DNA of 63,012 nucleotides, filler included, from Porpidia crustulata (Eukaryota), in the NCBI GenBank assembly GCA_964255105.1. It is 8 parts of 8 records of this genome, joined end to end, with 100 filler letters (N's around TTAATTAATTAA, not from the genome) between each part and the next. Parts side by side here need not be neighbours in the genome. Positions count along the whole stretch, not along the records: positions 47,375 to 55,148 come from CAXUWE010001236.1; positions 55,249 to 63,012 come from CAXUWE010001237.1; 6 more parts are not named here. The stretch is one strand, 5' to 3'. The notes under the pieces were generated by a model. The model was not told the origin of the DNA. It saw nothing but the letters and a program-made list of their open reading frames with translations, and did not search any database. Each line of letters opens with the position of its first letter. Positions within the stretch are counted from its first letter, which is position 1. Positions 54,350-63,012 of the stretch are shown here, in pieces. The translations under genes were made by a program, and so were the position numbers.

Positions 54350-55248
54350 GGTAGGTCCGACCAAGGCATTCAGGAAAGAGAATGAACCACAGCTAAATAA
54401 TATATGACATAAAAAACGTCTTTCAAGTAGCGTCCAAGAGGCTGGAGCTGAAACACCATTGGAATGCTATGAAATGCGACGAAATGCAAGATACGAGAGA
54501 TGGCGCAAATAGCTTGATGCTTTCCATAATAAGGCTAAATATTTCCCGAGCATTCCAGTCATCCCTGTAGTCTAGCCACAGTGCTGAAAGATGTTCCATA
54601 GATATTTCTATGGTTCTTATAACTCTTGGCTAGACACTCTCGAGACCGAAAGCCATAAATCAAACATTGATATTGCTACCACAATAGCATTATTGCTGCC
54701 TCTGGACGCTGATGTGCTACAGCCCATTCCTTTGAATCTCGAAGCCATCAGCCACTCGAGATGTCAAGATACAGCAATTCCAGAAATATTAGCAAGTCAA
54801 CTGACCATCTGCTCGGCCAAGGAGTATGCCACCATCACCGACGCAGAACGTTGTCTGTCGAATGAACGTCGCCTGCAAAACATTGGGATATGTCGGGCGC
54901 CGGAAGATGCCGAGACCCTAGTCGCTGTCGTATTTTACAACACTTGTAATTTATGTCGAGGGGGAGAACGTTCTTCACCCAATGGAACAAAATCGAATGA
55001 CGGGAGGGATATTGCTTGCGCTAGCATTTGAGATGGAGAAATCCTTCTCAGAAATGGAACGGAATTCTGATGCTTCAAATCTTGATATTCGATTTCCATG
55101 ATAGCTTCAGCATCCATTCAACATACCATAGTGCCCATCCAGTCATACNNNNNNNNNNNNNNNNNNNNNNNNNNNNNNNNNNNNNNNNNNNNTTAATTAA
55201 TTAANNNNNNNNNNNNNNNNNNNNNNNNNNNNNNNNNNNNNNNNNNNN

Positions 55249-55286
55249 AGGGGGGTGTACGTGTAAACAAAGGGGGTGTACCGTTA
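55249..55286. mobile_element. Possible DNA-transposon terminus at contig start
   Basis: Direct repeat GGGGGTGTAC at 55251-55260 and 55272-55281, ending CCGT followed by TA. Confidence 0.3.
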
Positions 55287-56167
55287 TACTTTCCCTAATT
55301 TAAACACCCATCGACGATCTTATCTTGCCGACTCAACATTATCGTGCTCGATGAGACGAACATTAAACGTTCAGTTAACGAGATTGAACTGCGTGCAGAG
55401 AACGCAAACAAGACGCACGCGAATAACAAGGTCTTCTTGATTCGCTACGCATGATTCTTCGATTGCTTCAAGTCAACAAAGAAGCTCACAGCTAATTTTG
55501 AAAAACGTCCTCGTAAAAATGTGTAAACTTATTAATTGAGCTATTATCTACAAGTGTGTCAGGATCGAGCATATGATATAACAAAAAACGACGGGTACCG
55601 GAATGGTCCAGCTACATACATTTTCTGGTATCAGGCACGAAGAATTGCAGACATGAGATACAGCAACGAAAGAGCATGAGTTGGTCTTGGCTTGCATCTA
55701 AGCGAAAGATAATTCCTGGCCTTACAAAAAATCTAAAATCCGTAAAGTTTCAGGGGTTCCTCGGGGTGTTAGGAATGGTTGCATTAACCGAAAAGCTATA
55801 AGGAGAGAAGCAAGCAAGGTTGCTTGAGCATTGAATTGCTCCATTCGCTGGGAGTCTTGAAGTATGACTAGTGAACACTCATTTCCCTCCTGGAAATAAC
55901 TCGTGTGCCTTTTATACAGCTGTTCTTTCCTCAATCAATTGCATACCCCATTGATGTGCTTAAGTCATTCAAGCACGGCTCAACAGTCTGCTATGAGCGC
56001 ATCTGGATCTGGGTTAAAAGATATCTGCAAGAACTTGAACAGCTCCATGTAGAAGTCGAGTCGCTCTTCAATAACGTCTCAAAAGATGCATTCAAAGGAA
56101 ATATACACGACGCAATCGCAAAGTGGCCGACAAGCATCATGAAGACCGACACTGCTGGAGGCAGCGT

Positions 56168-57065
56168 TTACTCGATACAATCTGGCTTGAAGCCAACCGC
56201 GGTGTGAACGTCGTACCTGACATAGCAGCCCGACTCGATCTCCGTGATCGCCGCGCCTTCCATCTCTTCGATCTGCGCCGTCGACATAGCCCCCGGCGCC
56301 CGTTTAGCGGTCATCATGCGCGCGAAGCCCAATAGGGCCACCAAGCCATTCTCCGTAAGCGCTCTCCTCGTCTCTACCACACGGTCTAAGCTCACAATAT
56401 CCATTTCAACCCTCAGCCCGCATTTCTCCATGATCGCTGGCAGCGTGCTCCAGCCATGGCCAAAGCGCTGCTGCAATGGTCCACTCCGGAATGTCCGACT
56501 CATCCTTGTCATCGTAGCCGTCACCGAGCTTGGCTCTCCTCGCAAATGCTGCACCTGCGAGAGCGCAGGTTCCTCCCACTGGATCGCGCCGCCCGGCTTG
56601 AGCAGCGGCAAAATATTGCGCAGCACTAGTTCCCAGTCGTCCGGTTCCATGCCAGCAATCAGAAAACGAATCTGTACAACATCATAAGTACCGTGCAATT
56701 CTGCCGGAAGAGGTTCTTTGGCATTTGCGACGGACAGCGTCACGTTCTTGTCGGAGAGAAACATCGCTGGCGAGATGTCGTATCCATCAAGTCTGGCGCC
56801 GGGGTATGGCTCAGACAGCGAACGTAGGAACAAGCCCGTACCCGTGGCGAAGTCGGCGATGCTGAGAGAGCTCTCGAGATTGCGGGCAACTGAGGGATGA
56901 AGTATTCAACCGAGAGCGCTGTGAGGGTGACGATTGTCAGTTGTGGGCTTTGCAGCCTCTCGACTTTGAACCTTGTTCCGTGATTATTCGAAACTGCTCG
57001 TCCATTCTCTGGGCCTCGGTCGCATGCCGGCCTAGATGCTCCGCATAGATATCTTTGTCCGCCAT
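56168..57065 (-). pseudogene. SAM-dependent methyltransferase (LaeA-like class), probably disrupted
   Basis: IADFATGTGLFL, GYDIS, YDVVQIRFL, LLKPGGAIQWEE. In-frame TGA at 56906-56908 (LG*ILHPSV) upstream of motif I. Confidence 0.72.
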
Positions 57066-57414
57066 GAATGTGTTTTTGCAATCGCTAGGATTTCCAGATG
57101 TTCGTGCACGAACAGAAGGTAACAGGCGAGGTTCATGAACGCTGGACGAACACATGCTCTCGCTTGCATTGTGTATGACTGCATAATGATGCGCACACTT
57201 TATAACTCGCTCTCTGTGTGACCACCACGCCTCAACGGCCCATAACAGCCTTTTTCATCTCCTCAAATATGCCTCTGGAACCTCTTCCCCCCGTATCCTG
57301 GAATATCCAACCTTCTAATACGTTGCACTGCATACACAGCTCTCTTCACACCCGTCAAGCTTGTTTCCATACAGAATCTATATACAAACTATACACCCTT
57401 CTTTTCGGCACTCT

Positions 57415-58866
57415 CTGCAAGACTTGACCCGCTTACCGCCCGAATCGAGTGGGGGCATAAAGATTGTCGCCATATCTGTGATATTCACGACATGTTCCAC
57501 ACTGGCGGTTGGTCTGTGTATCCTTGCAGCAAGAATACGACGCCGGATTTTCCGCTTACATGATTACCTTTCCTTTGCTGCTTTGGTATGGATGTCATGA
57601 TGCATTGTGGCTGTCTGTACTGAAAAAATTTCCAGATCTTTACCGTGGGTTTCGCCGCAAACGCAATCATAGGCAAGTCATGTATGATCTAGGCTACTCG
57701 AGATCGGTGTATCACTGATGGATGGTAGGCGTGTATCTCGGAGGGTCAGGCCAGCATATAAGACAAATTATGACAGACCCGCACTAGGGACTGGAGACAA
57801 TAATTGCAGGCCTCAAGGTAAGCCTTCTTCCTCGCAACGTGCCTGATTCCTGATGACTTGCATTCACTCATTTTCCCGCAATAGAATTTCTTCGCCTCTG
57901 CTTTCGTCTTTCTGCAAGCTGTCTATCCTGTCCTTATACATGGAGCTATTTCCTAAACGCTTCTTTCGTTACGCTGTCCACGTTATGATGGGCTTCGTAG
58001 TCGCCTTTGGATTGGTTTGATCCTGACCGGCTTCCTAATCTGCAGACCAATCGCATCCAATTGGGACAAGACACTTCACGGTCAGTGCGGCAGCACCGTT
58101 AGTGAAGAAATCTCCTTCGCGGCTGTGGATATAGTCATTGACGCCATGATCGTCTTTCACCAACTCCGTTAGTATGGAGGCTACAGATGCCGGTCCAGAA
58201 AAAAATCGGTATCAGCTGTATGTTTGGCCTGAGGCTTGTGTAAGTTGGCCTTCCTTTGATCGGTAAAAGTCGCTCGAAAATACCCAGTGAAATTTACAGA
58301 TGCTGGGAAAAGGGAAAAGAGAGACATCAGTTGACACTTTCGCTAAAATGTACTGCAGGATTTGGATGATGAATGCCGCCCAGATAGGCGTTGATGCAGC
58401 CGACTACAGCTACACTCTTATCAACGTAACTTTTTTCAGCGGCCTCGAAATCTGGTTCGGTACCATCGCCGCCTATATGCCCACTCTGAACCCCATCTTC
58501 ACGCGTCGTCTGGACAGCACGTATAACCGCCCGTCTAGCGGATATCGAGACCGTGGTTACAAGCGCGCCCACTCGAATGCGCTGTTTCCGAGTGAGTACG
58601 GCGCGAGCTGGGAGCTCGGGAGAACGTTTCAAAGGAGGCAGAGGGATGAATTGAGCGGGACGCATGTCGAGCCGCTCAACGACGATGATCTGCCCTTGAG
58701 AGGAGGTCTGACGTTTCCGGGGAAGGTAAGTAGGACTGTGACGATTGCAAATACGCGGAGCCAGCGAGATGAATCTCTACCGACTGGGAGCATCAATATG
58801 GAGGCGGATACTGTCCGAGTGATAACTGATATTTCTGTTTCGTCAACTATGGCGTCACGGGCTTGA
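57415..58866 (+). pseudogene. PTH11-like/fungal rhodopsin-domain membrane protein pseudogene
   Basis: HDYLSFAAL, CKLSILSLY, FLICRPIASNWD...GQC, VWRLQMPVQKKIGISCMFGL, LEIWFGTIAAYMPTL. TAG at 57785-57787, frameshifts near 58010 and 58160, and no clear ATG. Confidence 0.78.
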
Positions 58867-59122
58867 GCACTCGTTTCTCCATGAGATGGATAGGTTTCGG
58901 GAGTTGCGCAGGTTGCTATAGGGCACGAATAATGGTGTAAAAATCTTTTGCTGCACACTGTGTGTCCAGTGCCGTCGAATCATCTGCAATTCAGCGAACA
59001 GCAGTACGTTTCTTACAGTATCGAGGCGAGACGCAAGTCATCATCGAGGAAGATGCAATTGTCTTCAAAAAAAAAATGAAGAAGAGGAAGGTAAGCAGGC
59101 CCTGTGCATAATCCAGATAGTC

Positions 59123-60058
59123 TCAGCTCAGACTCTTCAAAAGCGGTAGAGAGTATAACGTCACCGTCCACCACGCCTAAAGCTTCCAACTCGTACTATC
59201 TGTCTTCGCATCCCTCCATCTCAACATCCACACAGCAACCAGCGCCGCCACACCTCTAGGAAGCAGGAATCCGCTCGCTCCAATTCGCTAGAGAAAGGAG
59301 CCAAGTACCGCCCAAAACGCCAATGCCACGACAATTATCCACCTAGCCACCGCATCCCCCAGCACAAGTGGCACTGTTCGACGTCCTCTTTGTCGATCCC
59401 CCACCTGATCCCTCAAATCCTGCACGTGCATCGTCGTTAAGATAACAGCGCTGATCATGGCGATCCATTCGAGTCCGTTCGGGGAGATTGTCGGTCCATC
59501 ACTAACCGCAAGCTTCAGTGAGCCTGCGTTATACACCGCAAACGCAGACGCTATGGTTCCATTACGCACCCGGTAGTCGCCATCTCCGCCGCCGAGGTCA
59601 TCGTAGATCCATGTAAGTGCGACGAGGAGGGCGCTTTCCAGGCCGGCGCCAAGGCTGTAGGCTACCAGCAGCACGACGGGTATGGTTAGAAGGAGTAGCG
59701 TCTGTGCTGCCGCGGGCGTAATCCGCTTCGTCGGCAGAGGACGCCAAGGTTTGTTGAATGAGTCCTCGGCAATGGCCGCAGGAAGACGCGGGTTGGGGAT
59801 ATCGAAGATAAGGAGGTTGAGTCAATTGAAGGCAAAGACGTGGGGGAGATGACTGAGGATTTGGTAGGTGTTGGGATGAATGGTGGTGGTATTTGTCAGG
59901 AGGCCAGATAGACCACCGAAGATGCCGAAGACGGTGTTTGGGAGGACGAAAGTTGCTATATCGCTCTTCGTAAAGAGCCACAGGGTATAGAGCAGCTGTA
60001 CGGCCAAGTCGACGATTTGGACCTCGAGCAATTTGTCACGAATTGATACATTCGACAT
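59123..60058 (-). pseudogene. UbiA-superfamily membrane enzyme, similar to Fma-TC-type terpene cyclases; three in-frame stops
   Basis: LWLFTKSD..TFVLPNTVFG, EDSFNKPWRPLPTKR, YDDLGG, QDLRDQVGDRQRGRRTVPLVLGD in a single frame, with stops at 59822-59824, 59288-59290 and 59177-59179. Confidence 0.82.
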
Positions 60059-60477
60059 TGCGGCCGCTCCCACTTGATCTTGCTGCGATCATGGAAGAAA
60101 TGACGGACTAGCTCCAGGGAGATAAGTAGTGCGTGGCCCGTCACCTACCGCCACGCAGTGCTCAGGAGGGTGAATTCTCATGGCGATCGATGCAGTGTAT
60201 GATGTTGGCATCGGGGATGTGCCCCTATCAATCTACGGGGCCGGTTCAGGCAACAGACCTATCGCATGGAACTTCCACCGAAAGTGGAAAAATATAAACA
60301 CCGCTCTGCCGACCATCCGTTGTAATCCACCGCCTTCTGGAGTCATACTGCCGAAGTACTCAATGCCGACTTCGCAGGACGTACAACAAACGATCCGGCT
60401 GCAGCTTTCAACCTGCTGACAACCGAAGGGTTTCCAGTACACAGAATGAAACCACCTCCGCTCTCAAGAAAAACTTC

Positions 60478-62521
60478 ATGGCTCAAATAATGTATCGTGA
60501 TCAAGACTATTCGAAATGTGCGCCACTTTGGGGCAGGCTCGCATTCGGTGGTGTCGCAGCCATCGGTCTGCACTATGGCTTGTTCATCCACCAAGAATGG
60601 CATCTACACAGTCCCATGATATTTACCGTTCGCATGCTTGCTTTCATCTTATTCACTACCTTCCAGACCACCATCGAAGAATGCGATATAAGCCCCTCCT
60701 TCCTGGAAGCTGTGCTAGTATTTGGTGGTTACCTTACGACCCTTCTGACGAGCATTACTGTCTATCGATTGTACTTCTATCGTCTTTCACGAGCGGGGTT
60801 CCCCGGCCCACGTTTAGCCCGGACAACAAAGATTTGGCACGCTTGGGCCTGTGGAGACTCGAGGAACTTCCTAGTGCTCGACGAGTTGGCCCGACGGTAC
60901 GGCGACTTCGTTCGGACGGGTGAAATGCCCGAAGTTTCAGCAGCCAGGCACGTTTTCAATCGAAGCTAATGTTCTTCAGGTCCGTGCGAGCTTACAATTA
61001 CCCATCCAGATATCTACCAGGCCATTGATGGGATAGGGAGCGTGTGCGGTAAAGCTGACTGGTACGATATCACGCACCCCAATATCTCGCTGGTAACAGC
61101 CCGTGACTCAAAGACTTACGACGATCGGCGCCGTACATGGAACTAGGGCTTCTCAACCCATTGTCAGATGTTCATCCGGATGTCGAGTACTCAAAGCTGA
61201 AACCTATCGCAGCTGTTGTTCGATATAAGGAAAGGGCTTTGAAGTATGTCAAAATGCTTGAAGAGCATATCGCTACCGATGTTGCCGCGGGCAGGTCGAC
61301 AGCTGCAGGGACGCTATCCAGCTGGTCTGGCTTTGATGTTATGAGAGACTTTGTACTCCGAAACTCTTTTAACATGCTGCAGAATCGGGAATGGCACTCT
61401 ATGATCGTAAGGCTGCGCGAAGCTTTAGACTTGTTGGATCCGTTGATTGCCCTTGGCTCGTGCATTTCGGGTTCAATGTGGCTGGATTTTTGCCATCATT
61501 GAAAATTGGTTTGCTATGATTGCATGGTGTCGACGACAAATAGAGAATCAAGCCAAGGTACGATTTTTGGGTACCTGCTCGGAACAATTTCGCCAAACGC
61601 TTGGTCTATGCTAAGTTGCAGGCAGTTCATCAAAGAAAATAATAAGTCGGAGCCTGATGTATCGTACTGGCTCATTGAAGATGCGCGGAGGAATGGCCTC
61701 ACAGAGACAGACTGGAATTGGCTGAGCGGAGACGCAGTTTTGGCAACTGTAGCTGGAAGGCGAGTTGGACTGCAGGCTCTCTGATTGGACATGAAATGCT
61801 CATTGTAATTGTGAAACAGTTACCTTAACATTGATCTGTCTGTTCTACCGCCTTGCGAGCGACCCTGTCAGAACTGAAAAGTTGCATGTTGAGGTGGCGG
61901 CGATCGATTGCTCCGATAATAAGATACCGCAAAAGCTTCCATACTTAAACGGTGTGGTAAATGAGGCCCTTCGATTGCATCCTGCGCTGCTCACAGGAGG
62001 CTATCGGAAGACACCGAAAGAAGGTGCAATCATATGCGGAAGATTTATTCCTGGAGAGACTACCATTGTTGCACCGATATATACCATATTTAGGCGTGGG
62101 TTGCTACCGACTGCTACCGCTTTCCTGCATGCTTACACTTCGGACAGGCGAGGACTGCTTCGAAAAAGCAGACTCATTTATTCCCGAGAGATGGTGTGAG
62201 ATCCCGGAGATGGTCAGACGCAAAAAGGGTTTCAGGCCTTTCGGTACAGGTATATTGCAATTGATGGGAGGATTGAGGGATGAAAGTCTACTATGGAGTA
62301 AAGCTAACGGTATAATAGGTCGGTACAGTTGTATTGAAAGAAATCTTAGCCTGGCCGAGCTGCGTCTTGTCACGGCAAATTTGGTCAAGATGTACAGCAT
62401 CAGCTTTAGTTATGAGGAGCGGTCTACATCATTCTTAGACAAGATCCAAGAATGCTTCATAACAAGAACTGGACCACTCAAGCTTCGATTCCGAGCAATG
62501 CCCGTGGCCGAAGTAGACTAG
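60478..62521 (+). pseudogene. Cytochrome P450 pseudogene
   Basis: FPGP, YGDFVRTGP, ExxR (NEALRLHP), PERW, heme motif FGTGRYSCIE. TAG at 61144-61146, frameshifts around 61445-61505, and an apparently lost acceptor near 61811. Confidence 0.85.
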
Positions 62522-62960
62522 GATATCCGAGATCGGCGAACGAGTGAGACACTTTTCTCCACTACTTCATTGTTAAAGAGATATGTACCAAGACAATCCA
62601 TAGATTGCAGCTCCCACACGGTGCAGATATAGAAACTCGAGAATATCGACGTGTTAATAGTATGGAGGCCGATGACATAGGACTAGGGCTTTCCCAAAAT
62701 CAGAACGATATAGAAATCTGTTTTAGTAGCGATACCTGACTGCTAGACGAAAAGGCAATACTGACTACAGACGCGAAACCTGATCTTCGGAGGCCAGTTT
62801 CAGAAGATGATGAGCATTAGTATGTTCAGCTCAACATAGACCCTTTGAAGGCGGTAATCCCCGCGTCGTTAGACATCACGTGACTTCGGTCGCCTGCCGG
62901 TAACATTGAGGGCGTAAGTCATTGTAGAATTTTGCGTCGCTTTAACTGTACAAAGGGTTA

Positions 62961-63012
62961 ACGTAATCCGACACTAAACGCACGCCGACACTAAACGCAC
63001 ACCCCACCAAAA
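62961..63012 (+). mobile_element. Left terminus (TIR) of a Fot1/pogo-type Tc1-mariner element, cut by window end
   Basis: TA (62959-62960), then ACGTAAT, then two 16-bp direct repeats CCGACACTAAACGCAC (62968-62983, 62985-63000). This is the architecture of fungal Fot1/Tan1/Vader-like TIRs. Confidence 0.65.

Noticed and set aside
7810..55248. Regularly spaced TTAATTAATTAA palindrome every ~7.9 kb
   Set aside because: Artificial linker between size-sorted contigs. Cross-contig neighbourhoods (e.g. Tri3-like gene with the UbiA/P450 cluster) are not evidence of one cluster.

Overview
Fungal (Pezizomycotina-type, intron-containing) DNA. The window is not one locus: it is eight contigs of steadily decreasing length (7809, 7802, 7801, 7795, 7790, 7777, 7774, 7764 bp) joined by artificial 100-nt N44-TTAATTAATTAA-N44 linkers, so adjacency across linkers is meaningless. 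Contigs 1-5 carry mostly housekeeping and regulatory genes: RPN2, CET1, WDR6/TRM734, nudC, RRP5, CDT2, a Zn2Cys6 TF, RML2, cyclin B, an NmrA-like gene and a C2H2 TF, plus the start of a SesA-like NLR-type gene. Contigs 6-8 are largely accessory. Contig 6 has COX6, a dead esterase, an intact Tri3-like acetyltransferase and an MFS efflux pump. Contig 7 has a DUF6540-like gene and a disrupted phosphotransferase. Contig 8 is a decaying putative terpenoid cluster (UbiA/Fma-TC-like cyclase, P450, methyltransferase, PTH11-like membrane protein) ending in a Fot1/pogo-type transposon terminus. The most unusual signals are a DUF6314-like domain inserted inside the Trm734/WDR6 beta-propeller protein and the pseudogenised UbiA-type cyclase cluster. 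All family calls are from motif recognition by eye; no searches were run.
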